A stretch of 64,000 bases of DNA from Nitrospirales bacterium (lineage in GTDB: Bacteria > Nitrospirota > Nitrospiria > Nitrospirales > UBA8639). The number at the start of each line of letters is the position of its first letter. The stretch's first letter is position 1. Where the stretch lies: assembly GCA_963555755.3 (NCBI GenBank), contig OY820905.2:256001-320000 (forward strand). Reading direction: 5' to 3'. A program made the translations under genes and the position numbers. The notes below the pieces were generated by a model. That model worked only from the letters and a program-made list of their open reading frames with translations, did no database searches and had not been told where the DNA came from. This document shows, in pieces, positions 49,144 through 57,664 of this stretch.

Positions 49144-49971
49144 TTAACCTTTGACTGCTCCTGAAGAAAGGCCGCTAATAATCCCTCGTTGGAACAACAG
49201 AACCAAGAAAATTAATGGCAGCGTCGCGAGCACAGAGGCGGCAGCAATTTCTCCCCACGGCATGGTGAATTCACCTTGGAACAAGGCAATGCCAACCGGG
49301 AGTGTTTGTTTGGCGGGATCGGTCAGAAACAACAGCGCAAAGAAAAATTCGTTCCATGCGTAGATAAACGTGAGGATGGCCGCGGTAAACAGACCTGGTG
49401 CTGCGAGAGGAAGCATGACCTTATACAGGGCTTGCCATGTGGTGCAGCCATCGATTTGAGCGGCTTCTGCGAGCTCATGAGGAAGTTCTTTGAAAAACGT
49501 TGCAAGAATCCATACTGCGAGGGGAAGAGTCAGCGTTACGTAGGGCAGGACCAAGCCCCAATGAGTATTGAGCCCACCGATGTGTTTTAATATTTGCCAC
49601 ACAGGTCCGGCAATGACAATTTGCGGAAACATGGCGACACAGAGTAACCCGCTCAGGATCCACACTTTGCCATGGAGACGAATCCGCGCCAGCGCGTAGG
49701 CGGCTGGGGTGGCGATGGTCAGTGCAATGATGGTGGTGGAACTCGCGACAATCACACTGTTCCAGATGTAGTTGAAGAGTTGATGATCAATGATCGCCGA
49801 TTGATAAAATACGATACTGCCATCGGGCCACCAGGTTGGGGGAATTGCTTCGACTTGGATCTGAGATTTTAAAGAGGTCAGCACAAACCATATAAAAGGT
49901 AATAGGCTGCCGAGGACAGCAACAGCAATCCCGATGATCAATGCGAGGCGTTCTGAGAAAGGCTTGGTCAT
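49144..49971 (-). CDS. Carbohydrate ABC transporter permease (MalG-like)
   Basis: EAAQIDG loop, WNEFFFAL. Confidence 0.94.
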   Translation of the reverse strand: MTKPFSERLALIIGIAVAVLGSLLPFIWFVLTSLKSQIQVEAIPPTWWPDGSIVFYQSAIIDHQLFNYIWNSVIVASSTTIIALTIATPAAYALARIRLHGKVWILSGLLCVAMFPQIVIAGPVWQILKHIGGLNTHWGLVLPYVTLTLPLAVWILATFFKELPHELAEAAQIDGCTTWQALYKVMLPLAAPGLFTAAILTFIYAWNEFFFALLFLTDPAKQTLPVGIALFQGEFTMPWGEIAAASVLATLPLIFLVLLFQRGIISGLSSGAVKG

Positions 49972-50864
49972 GCCTTCTCCTGTTCTAATAGTTTTGAGCC
50001 TACCGTGCGAACATAAAACAACGAGAGAATTAAAATCGCCACAAAGACGGTGACGGAAATGGTCGTTCCGTATCCAACACGCCCTTCGGTGAAGAGTGTT
50101 TTATAGGCGTAGAATTGAATCACCTGCGTGGCATCGCCTGGTCCACCCTGAGTCATGACAAAGACCAAATCAAACACCCGAAACGCATCGATCGTCCGAA
50201 ACAAGAGTGCGGTGAGGAGGGCGGGTTTCAGCAGGGGAAAGGTGATGTGCCAAAACCGTTGCCACGCAGTCGCTCCATCAATGCGGGCAGCATCATACAC
50301 CTCATCCGGGATCACTTGAAGGCCAGCTAACACAAGCAGGCCGGCAAACGAAGACGTTTTCCAGACATCAGCCAAGACAATCGCGCCAAAGGCCATCCAC
50401 GGATCTGCCAGCCAGGGGACATACGCGTCCACCTGATCGCCAAAGAGCATGAGGTTGACGAGACCATATTGATCGTTCAACAAAAACCGCCACATTTGTG
50501 AGGCCACCACGGTAGGGATGGCCCAAGGAATCAACACGGCAGCCCGAACCCATCCTCGCCCTTTGAAATGCTCATGAATGACCAGCGCAATGCCAATGCC
50601 CAGGAAGAGTTCGAACGTGGTAGAAAGAATGACAAAGCCAAGCGTGACGATAAACGCCTGATGCGCAACCGGATCTTGAAAGAGCTGCACGTAATTGCCA
50701 AGCCCGATAAATGGCTGCCCCAGACTCGGCAAACCTAAGTAGATGCGGTGGAGACTCAGAAAAAACGAATCCATCGCCGGATACAGCGAAAAAATCGCAA
50801 CAAACGTCAGTGCCGGAAATACCATGAACCAGCCAGCGCTCTGCTCTGAGGTGCGTTTGGTCAT
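49968..50864 (-). CDS. Carbohydrate ABC transporter permease (MalF-like)
   Basis: LIPWAIPTVV, DVWKT, DAARIDGA, MTQGGPG. Confidence 0.94.
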   Translation of the reverse strand: MTKRTSEQSAGWFMVFPALTFVAIFSLYPAMDSFFLSLHRIYLGLPSLGQPFIGLGNYVQLFQDPVAHQAFIVTLGFVILSTTFELFLGIGIALVIHEHFKGRGWVRAAVLIPWAIPTVVASQMWRFLLNDQYGLVNLMLFGDQVDAYVPWLADPWMAFGAIVLADVWKTSSFAGLLVLAGLQVIPDEVYDAARIDGATAWQRFWHITFPLLKPALLTALLFRTIDAFRVFDLVFVMTQGGPGDATQVIQFYAYKTLFTEGRVGYGTTISVTVFVAILILSLFYVRTVGSKLLEQEKA

Positions 50865-51194
50865 AAAGGGAAAAAAACAACCTGGATCCCCGCTAAAAAC
50901 TGCGGGGATGACGGTTTAAGGTTATAAAGGCATATTTACTGTTCATTTTTTTGCTATCAGTCGAATGAATAAGAAGTATCATGTTTTGTGCCAATCACTG
51001 ATTCCCAATCGCGTCATTCCCGCGGTAGTAAGCGGGAATCCAGGTTTTAAGTTTTCACCGATTGTCCATTCTCCCGCCTTCGGCACCGCCAAGACACGCA
51101 GACAAATTTGGTTCTTATTTCCTCGCCCCCTAGGAGGGGGAGAGGACAAAGGTGAGGGGGTTGTCTTCGACTAAAGCAACAACATCATAAGTAA

Positions 51195-52568
51195 TCATTG
51201 GCCCGCACCCTGCACCAAATCCAAAAACCGATTAATTTGCCGATCCGCTTCCTTGGCCTCTTCCAAAATATCTGTCTCAGGAAACGCCAACACACGACTA
51301 AAGTACCGCTGCAGAATATGAGAAACGATCGGATACACCGGCGTGCGTGGCCGAGGTTTTGCCGTTTGAAAAACCGGAAACAAATCTTTGTATTGGGGGT
51401 TCGCCTGGAGGACTTCGGAATCAGAATACAGCGCAATGCGTGAAGGAGCCAACGACGCATGAAGCGCAAAATACTTTTGCATCTCAGAGCTGCTCATAAA
51501 CTCGATGAATGTCCACGCTTCATCAGGATGTTGAGAATACGCGCTAATCCCATACAGCCAACCACCTAAGGCTGAAACACTTTTGCCTTGCGCAAAATGC
51601 GGAAGGACCGTCACACCAACATGGCCAACGATCTTGGAATGACGCGGATCATTGGACAACCCCCACGCATAGGGCCAATTGCGATGAAACACGGCTTTCC
51701 CTTGAACAAACACCGCCAGAGATTCCGGCTCTTGATACGTGAGCACCGCCGGTGTTGCAAGCTGCTGAATGATCTGCTCTCGCACAAATTTCACCGCTTC
51801 TGTGGTGTCAGGCGAAGCCAACGTAGATTGAGTGCCATCCTCAGTCAGGAAAGAACCATTGTGACTGCCGACAATTTCCAGCATGTCACACACCAGCCCT
51901 TCGTATTGTTTGAACTGCCCGCTATAACCCCGTAACGCCGGTTGTGCGGATCGTTCACCTTCCACAATCGTTGTAGCCTGGCGTACCAATTCATTCCAAG
52001 TGACGGGAGGCGAAAATCCATATTTCTCCAACAGATCCTTCCGGTAGTAGAGGATCCCGCTATCGATGCGAGAAGGCACGCCATAGATGTGCCCTTGATA
52101 GGTGCCGGCTTCAATCGTCGCTCTCAAGAACTTGCGACGTTCGGAAGGCGTGAAATGATCGTCCAAAGGCAAGGCCCACCCCGCCGCCGCAAATTCCGAC
52201 GGCCAAATGACATCCATGAAAAACAAATCCATGGACTGATCCCTATTTTTGAGCTTTTGCGTCAGGAGATCGTGATAGGCGGTCGAAGAATGAGGCGCGA
52301 TTTCCCTCTTGATGGTGATGGTGGGATGCGCGTGTTCAAAACGCCCAATCGCCTCATCCCAAACCTTTGGATGATCCGCCTTCCACGTGACAAAATGAAG
52401 AGTGACTGTGTTGGCATCCGCACCTTGCGCGAAACTATGAGTAGCTCCCGCACTAACGACAAACCATAACCAAAAAAATGCAAGAAGAAGCCTTGGCCAG
52501 TCTGCGCGTTTCGGAGGTTGAATGGATTGCGAAAAGGTTTTCATGGGAATGTTCCTGTCCTGTATCAC
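51195..52568 (-). CDS. Sugar ABC transporter substrate-binding protein (trehalose/maltose-like)
   Basis: MDVIWPSEFA, LYYRKDLLEKYG, QYEGLVC, RNWPYAW, PRPRTP. Confidence 0.92.
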   Translation of the reverse strand: MIQDRNIPMKTFSQSIQPPKRADWPRLLLAFFWLWFVVSAGATHSFAQGADANTVTLHFVTWKADHPKVWDEAIGRFEHAHPTITIKREIAPHSSTAYHDLLTQKLKNRDQSMDLFFMDVIWPSEFAAAGWALPLDDHFTPSERRKFLRATIEAGTYQGHIYGVPSRIDSGILYYRKDLLEKYGFSPPVTWNELVRQATTIVEGERSAQPALRGYSGQFKQYEGLVCDMLEIVGSHNGSFLTEDGTQSTLASPDTTEAVKFVREQIIQQLATPAVLTYQEPESLAVFVQGKAVFHRNWPYAWGLSNDPRHSKIVGHVGVTVLPHFAQGKSVSALGGWLYGISAYSQHPDEAWTFIEFMSSSEMQKYFALHASLAPSRIALYSDSEVLQANPQYKDLFPVFQTAKPRPRTPVYPIVSHILQRYFSRVLAFPETDILEEAKEADRQINRFLDLVQGAGQ

Positions 52569-52743
52569 AGGGCCACTTCAGGAGCAAGAAGATCTCATAA
52601 ATTTCCCCCTCCTTTGTAAGGAGGGGATAGGGGAGGTAGAGTCTTCAATCAGCAACAAACTTGCAGTTGTTTTGTTCTCAAGACAGATCTTTTGCTTTCC
52701 GAAACCCTCGCCCCACTGGGGAGAGGGAAGGGTGAGGGGAATC

Positions 52744-52792
52744 TGTATCCGATCAGATACACCACTGTATCCATTGTATCCATTCAGATACA
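52744..52792. promoter_or_regulatory. Two TGTATC-N6-GATACA palindromes upstream of the ABC operon
   Basis: 52744-52761 and 52775-52792 plus a half site at 52766. Confidence 0.4.
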
Positions 52793-53044
52793 AATTTGAC
52801 GATTGACATTGACGCTTAAATAAAAATGAGCAGTCGTGACGCATCAACAAAGCCTCAAGCCGAGCTGGCATGAATCTTGTGGCTTCATAGTTATTTGTCT
52901 ATGACAACTGCTAGCATTGGTAGGGAACGAGCTTATGAATAACACACGAGACTTCATTCATGATCAAGGGCATTCAGTGGTCGGATTCTACCCTGCAAGT
53001 CGCAATACTGTGGAGAAGAGTCCCGCTGTCCGGTCAACTACAGT

Positions 53045-53258
53045 GGGCCTGTTGAATATTTCAGGTCCATGACCCATAGGTGCTCCAGAGAAGACGGCTC
53101 GCATAAGTGGGAGGGAATGTTCAAAAAAGCATGCCCTGAGTCTTTCCGAAGGGTCTATCCAGCAAGGCCGCAGCCCTTTTGACGCGCGGAGCGTACTCTC
53201 AGTACGTGAGCACGGCAAAATGGCGAGAACGCCGCTGGCGGCTTTTTTCAACATTCCC
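53045..53258. mobile_element. MITE family A (long form) lacking target duplication
   Basis: Flanks ACAGT vs TTGAG differ, unlike sibling copies. Confidence 0.85.
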
Positions 53259-53416
53259 TTGAGGGAAACCGGAATAGGCTGACAATGCCTACAGTGTTTG
53301 TCCCTTTCCAGATGGTTGAACATTTCTTGCTAAATATTGGAAAACCTTATAGTTTTTCCGAAACTCTAAAACGTAGTGAGTCGGGATAGGCTGACCGAGC
53401 TACTTAATAGTTAGGT
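53259..53416 (+). other. Integron platform / attI-like region 1
   Basis: Ungapped 103/123 match to the DNA after intI (63878-64000); ATAGGCTGAC direct repeat; ends in G/TTAGGT core at 53410. Confidence 0.75.
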
Positions 53417-53438
53417 TGTCAGGGCACAGGCGCGCACA

Positions 53439-53921
53439 ATGAGAACTACAGCGAAGAAAGGTCGATTCTTCCGGTTGGAAGAGGCAGACACAATCGCTCT
53501 GCTTCGCGAGCACAGTCTGTTCGACGAAGACGGCGATCTCATCCGCGTAGAGTACGCGAACCCAAAGCGGGAGTTCTCTACCAGGCACGCCGTTTTGGAA
53601 CTGCGCCCACGCTCGCGGATTATGTTCTACTCTTTAGGTGAAGACACAGCACGCGAAGCGGCCATTGCGACCCTGCAGAAGGCCGTTGCCATTTCGAAGG
53701 ACCTCAATCGACGACCGCTTCCGGTCCGAGGAAACTCGGATGCGACCGTGGTCATCTACAGGGAGAAGCTCGGTGGCCTCCGTGTTGTCGAGCGCCGCAC
53801 CTTCTACCAGCAGCGTAAGTACCGAGGGGACGCAAAGTTCTCGAACGCCTTCCGCGCACGTAAGATCCGAGTAGAAGAGAAGGACATGAATCGTGCAACC
53901 TACCGAAGTTCAAGCAGGTGA
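53439..53921 (+). CDS. Integron cassette 1 hypothetical protein
   Basis: ATG 29 nt after the GTTRRRY core; no recognisable domain. Confidence 0.65.
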   Translation: MRTTAKKGRFFRLEEADTIALLREHSLFDEDGDLIRVEYANPKREFSTRHAVLELRPRSRIMFYSLGEDTAREAAIATLQKAVAISKDLNRRPLPVRGNSDATVVIYREKLGGLRVVERRTFYQQRKYRGDAKFSNAFRARKIRVEEKDMNRATYRSSSR

Positions 53922-54177
53922 TAACTTGCCATTAGAGCCTCCTGATAAAGTTACTATCCTATGGCTACTTAAGCATGTGCCAGTAACGTTATGTGTGGCG
54001 TTTTTCACCCTATTATTGGCGTCATTTAGTTTTGGTGTTAAAACGAGCCATATTCTCCTGGTACGCGATCTATATGGATTAAAAAAGACGCAGTCTTTAG
54101 AAGAAAATGCGCCATCTAAAAGTAAACCTAACAAGCCCATCCAGCAGACGCCCAAAAGTGACGCTGCTGATGGGTAA
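53893..54177 (+). CDS. AT-rich membrane-segment ORF or fragment in cassette 1
   Basis: PDKVTILWLLKHVPV plus hydrophobic helix; runs into attC. Confidence 0.45.
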   Translation: MQPTEVQAGDNLPLEPPDKVTILWLLKHVPVTLCVAFFTLLLASFSFGVKTSHILLVRDLYGLKKTQSLEENAPSKSKPNKPIQQTPKSDAADG

Positions 54178-54185
54178 CGTTATGT
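54126..54185 (+). other. attC site 1
   Basis: ACCTAAC...CCCATCCAGCAG/CTGCTGATGGG...GTTATGT; ACCTAAC complements the cassette-opening GTTAGGT. Confidence 0.9.
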
Positions 54186-54209
54186 GCTTAGTAATGGAGG
54201 TGATGAGTT

Positions 54210-54398
54210 ATGAGTACTGCTAAAGAAGAGGTAAAAGCACTTCTGGATAAGCTTCCTGACGATTGTTCACTGGAAGATGTCCAGTATCATCTTTACGTTG
54301 TTGAAAAAATCCACAGAGGAATCGAGCGTGCCGATAAGGAAGGGGTGCTCAGCCAGGACGAGGTAGAAAGGAAGCTTAATACATGGGCCTCGAAGTAA
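54210..54398 (+). CDS. Antitoxin (cassette 2)
   Basis: MSTAKEEV..LLDKLPDDCSLEDVQYHLYV; overlaps toxin. Confidence 0.85.
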   Translation: MSTAKEEVKALLDKLPDDCSLEDVQYHLYVVEKIHRGIERADKEGVLSQDEVERKLNTWASK

Positions 54399-54697
54399 AG
54401 TGGTCACCGGAGGCGGCAGAGGACCTCGAATCGATCGCGGAGTATATCGCCAGAGATTCAGAGCATTATGCCAGAGCAGTTGTAACAGAAATATTATCGA
54501 TTTCTCGTAATGTCGGTGAATTCCCTTTGATCGGTCGTGTTGTGCCGGAAGTTGGAGATGGGACGATAAGGGAAAGGTTCGTGTACAGCTACCGCTTGGT
54601 ATATCGGATCGAGTCTGAAAGAATCCTGGTTGTAGCAGTAATCCACGGCAAGCGGTTGCGAGAAAATGTCGCAGAGCGACTTGAAGACAGCACATAA
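54383..54697 (+). CDS. RelE/ParE family toxin (cassette 2)
   Basis: VKWSPEAAEDLESIAEYIARDS...FPLIGRVVPE...YRLVYRI...VIHGKR. Confidence 0.92.
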   Translation: MGLEVKWSPEAAEDLESIAEYIARDSEHYARAVVTEILSISRNVGEFPLIGRVVPEVGDGTIRERFVYSYRLVYRIESERILVVAVIHGKRLRENVAERLEDST

Positions 54698-54762
54698 CAA
54701 GCCCATCAAGCCGACGCTCATTCGCAGCGCTTCGTTCGCGCGGCTTATAGGCGACGTTAGGC
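54692..54762 (+). other. attC site 2
   Basis: ACATAAC...AAGCCG/CGGCTT...GTTAGGC; ACATAAC complements GTTATGT. Confidence 0.9.
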
Positions 54763-55102
54763 GCCAGACATATATGTAAGGAGAAAATATGGATATATTA
54801 GGTATTGTTGGTATCGCAGTTGGCGTTGCAGGTCTTATATTTGGACTGGTTGAACACTCACGAAGAGTTAAGCTTGACGTTGCACTTCGCACACAATTTT
54901 CCACATCATTAAATCGAGTTCGGGCATTGGTAACCTACAATGATGACATAGTACAACTTACTGAAGGCCTGGATTCTCCGAAAATCACAAAGTGGGTGTG
55001 GTCAACTAACAAAGGTCTTTCTGATCTCTATGTATCAATGGTTGGTTACTATATCGCCAGCCATCCCTCATTCACATATGATGATATTAAGAATTGTAGT
55101 AA

Positions 55103-56551
55103 CTACTCAGGTGTGATGATCTTTGTAGTGAATTGTGCAGGCATAAAGGGGTGGCCGATCATGGCTTGTGAAATGGCTTGCAGCATGTTGCCGCCCTGCT
55201 TTCTCGCGGTAGAAAGGTAGCTTCGTATGCGGGCGAACTGCCTCGCGCCTTGAAGCGTTCGAAAACACCCGGATATTTTGAGGCGGAGCTTGATCATGCG
55301 GATATCCTGTTCTGCCAGATTATTAGTGAAGGGAACCTGTCTGTCATGGAGGAACGCGAGCACGGAGGCTTCATGCTCGCCAAGACGGGTGAGGAGATTT
55401 TGGGCCTTGGTCTTTTTGGGCCGGCCTCGTGACTTTTTCTGTGGCGGTGCCGGAAGGGGGTTGGCCTGCCATCCGAGGGTGAGAAGATCCCTGTATTGTT
55501 TCAGCCAGGGGGTTTTCTGTTCTTCCGTTAACTGTGCGAGTTGCTTGCTGACAAACACGTTCATCGTCAGCAACAGGTCAAACATGTGTTTGGCCCATGG
55601 TTGTTCGTGCTGCTCGAACAGGCACGTGAGTTCCCGCAAATGATGGGCGTTACAGAGGCCGTGGGCACAGTCATAGGAGAGATAGGGTTTCCAGAAATCG
55701 TGGATCAGGCGGCCAGCAAAATCCGGGAGGATCTGGAACTGCTCGATCGCCTCTCTTCCCCGTTTGGCGTGCACACCGTAAAAGGTCAACGTGGCCGTGC
55801 TGGCACTGTGGAGCCAGTGGAGCGTCCCGGCCGTGCGGACGCCGCTTTCATCGGCATGGAGGATGGGACTCTTGCCGAGCGCTTCTTTGACCGCAGTCTC
55901 GAACGGCGCGAGGTGCTCATAACTTCGGCGGGAGGCCTCGTCAATGGTGGCGTCGCTGACCGAGGCGCCATACAGATCAGCCATCATCTGGCTGACACGG
56001 CGTAAGGGGATCAACTGTTGGTTCTGGAGGTAGACCAGGAGGCTGCGAAATCTGGGACCGTACTGTGCCGGCGCAGGCAGGTCATCAGGAAATGACGCCG
56101 TGACCGAGCGGCCGCATTGGGGGCAGGTTTTGATTGCTCCCCGATATTCGGTGACGTCGAGTTTTGGCTCCGGCAGTTCAAAGAGCTGCCGGCGTTCATA
56201 GCCGGTGACCGTCTCGTTGGTGAGGTCGGCATGGCAGGAACAGGAGTGAACAGGCAGGTGGACCAGGTGGTCTGGGGTTTCCACCTGTTTTAACGTCTGG
56301 CCGGCATGTCCCTGTTGGCCGCCCGGCTTTTTCCCGGAAGGTATGCGCAGGCTCTTGGTTCGGGGCTTGGCCGGTCCATCGGACGAGGGCGGTTTGCTGC
56401 TGTTGCGACTGTGTTGGTCGAGCCGCTGTGCCAGTTCGGTGACATGCGTGGTCAGCGCCTGCCCCTGTTCCTGCAGCGCCAGGATCAGTTCGACGAGCGC
56501 CTCGGGGTTGCTCTTGGCCAGGATGAGGAGTGCGTCGCGGGTGAAGGTCAT
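55103..56551 (-). CDS. IS66 transposase (TnpC type)
   Basis: SRNSSKPPSSD, GGQQGH.G, HADESG, LCNAHHLREL, FTNNLAEQDIR. Confidence 0.95.
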   Translation of the reverse strand: MTFTRDALLILAKSNPEALVELILALQEQGQALTTHVTELAQRLDQHSRNSSKPPSSDGPAKPRTKSLRIPSGKKPGGQQGHAGQTLKQVETPDHLVHLPVHSCSCHADLTNETVTGYERRQLFELPEPKLDVTEYRGAIKTCPQCGRSVTASFPDDLPAPAQYGPRFRSLLVYLQNQQLIPLRRVSQMMADLYGASVSDATIDEASRRSYEHLAPFETAVKEALGKSPILHADESGVRTAGTLHWLHSASTATLTFYGVHAKRGREAIEQFQILPDFAGRLIHDFWKPYLSYDCAHGLCNAHHLRELTCLFEQHEQPWAKHMFDLLLTMNVFVSKQLAQLTEEQKTPWLKQYRDLLTLGWQANPLPAPPQKKSRGRPKKTKAQNLLTRLGEHEASVLAFLHDRQVPFTNNLAEQDIRMIKLRLKISGCFRTLQGARQFARIRSYLSTARKQGGNMLQAISQAMIGHPFMPAQFTTKIITPE

Positions 56552-57435
56552 GGCTTGCTCCGGCAGAGGGCCTGTCGGAAGTGGCGGATGAGGGGATAGA
56601 GATAAATTGCCTTCACCGGCACGCGCAGAGCCTTGTCACGGTCCTGCCGGGACCGGCCTTTGGTCTGCCCGACATAGAGCCAGTTCGCGGCCTGATAGCA
56701 GATACCTTTGAAGCGGTCTCGCTCCACAAAGGTCTCCACCAAGTGGACGGGATGGCCGTATTTCTCGATCCAGTCCTGCCGGAGACGTCTCATGACCCGG
56801 CCCAGGAGATGGCTGGCCAGATGCGGCACACGCACCCAGGGCAGGATGAGAAAGCGGGTATTGTTGGTCATGAAGTTGAGGTTGGCGGCTCGGGTGTCCG
56901 GCTCCCAGCCGATAAAGGTGTCGCGCGGGGTGGTTTTCCAGGCGGCGGAACCGAAGAGGAGGCAGGCCAGATCCTGCCCGGAGCGATCCCGCACCAGGTA
57001 CTTGAGATGTTCACCGACCGTTCGGGTGAACCCGAGGTAGTGATGGTGGCTCAGGTAATATCCCACACAACTGGCTTCGTAGGAATGTGAGGTTGGAATA
57101 TGAATGGACAGGGGCGTCAGGGTCTTGAGAGCTGCGTCGATGTGCGGGGCTTCGGGAGGCATAAACCCCTTTCGGAAAGGGGGGAAGATGTTGCGTCGAG
57201 AGGCGACACGAATCGGGGGCAGCTTCAGGAGCCCGCGATGTTCGAGTTTGTCGATCATGCTGCGGGCGGCAAAGGTTTTCAGTTGTCCGGACGGGGTCTG
57301 CCAGCCCCAGTGCCGACAAATATGCTGGGTTATTTTATGGCGGCTCCAGTCAGGGTGCCGGCAAACCAGATGGCGTAACCAGCACAGATCAGATTGGGGG
57401 AGGCGACGACCTTGACATGTAATCGCTTCATTCAT
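56548..57435 (-). CDS. DUF4338 (DruA-like) protein
   Basis: HHYLG, GEHLKYL, AAWK...RD.FIGW, NNTRFLILPW, ETFV, GICYQAANW..VG.TKGR. Confidence 0.9.
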   Translation of the reverse strand: MNEAITCQGRRLPQSDLCWLRHLVCRHPDWSRHKITQHICRHWGWQTPSGQLKTFAARSMIDKLEHRGLLKLPPIRVASRRNIFPPFRKGFMPPEAPHIDAALKTLTPLSIHIPTSHSYEASCVGYYLSHHHYLGFTRTVGEHLKYLVRDRSGQDLACLLFGSAAWKTTPRDTFIGWEPDTRAANLNFMTNNTRFLILPWVRVPHLASHLLGRVMRRLRQDWIEKYGHPVHLVETFVERDRFKGICYQAANWLYVGQTKGRSRQDRDKALRVPVKAIYLYPLIRHFRQALCRSKP

Positions 57436-57664
57436 GGCCCCGATTATGCCATGGGTGGAGCCGTTAGTCCAGAAAAAAATCAGGCTATAGAAAATTGACC
57501 TGAGTAGTTACGAATTGTATTGAAAGTGGAATTATTACTACTGCTTGGGAAGAACAAAACTGGAGAGAACATGTTGCAGTACGCAAAGAAAATAAAAGCA
57601 CGGCACCACCAGAAGCCATAATTAAGGACAACTCTATTCGGAGATATATAGTATGAATTTATAT

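Larger units (their letters stand above)
55099..57511 (-). mobile_element. IS66-family element with DUF4338 gene
   Basis: IR GTAACTACTCAGG at both ends; 8-bp duplication GAATTGTA. Confidence 0.95.
54789..57656 (+). pseudogene. Cassette 3 gene (N-terminal TM hypothetical) split by IS66
   Basis: Removing the IS and one GAATTGTA joins ...DDIKNC to IESGIITTAWEEQ...RRYIV*. Confidence 0.85.

Noticed and set aside
52866..52880. Sigma-54-like TGGCATGAATCTTGT facing the integron
   Set aside because: The -12 GC is replaced by GT and no gene follows
2448..53258. Recurring repeats as a possible CRISPR array
   Set aside because: Copies are dispersed with terminal IRs and duplications; no regular spacers and no cas genes
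56548..57435. Druantia anti-phage system
   Set aside because: Only a DUF4338 gene inside an IS66; no other dru genes
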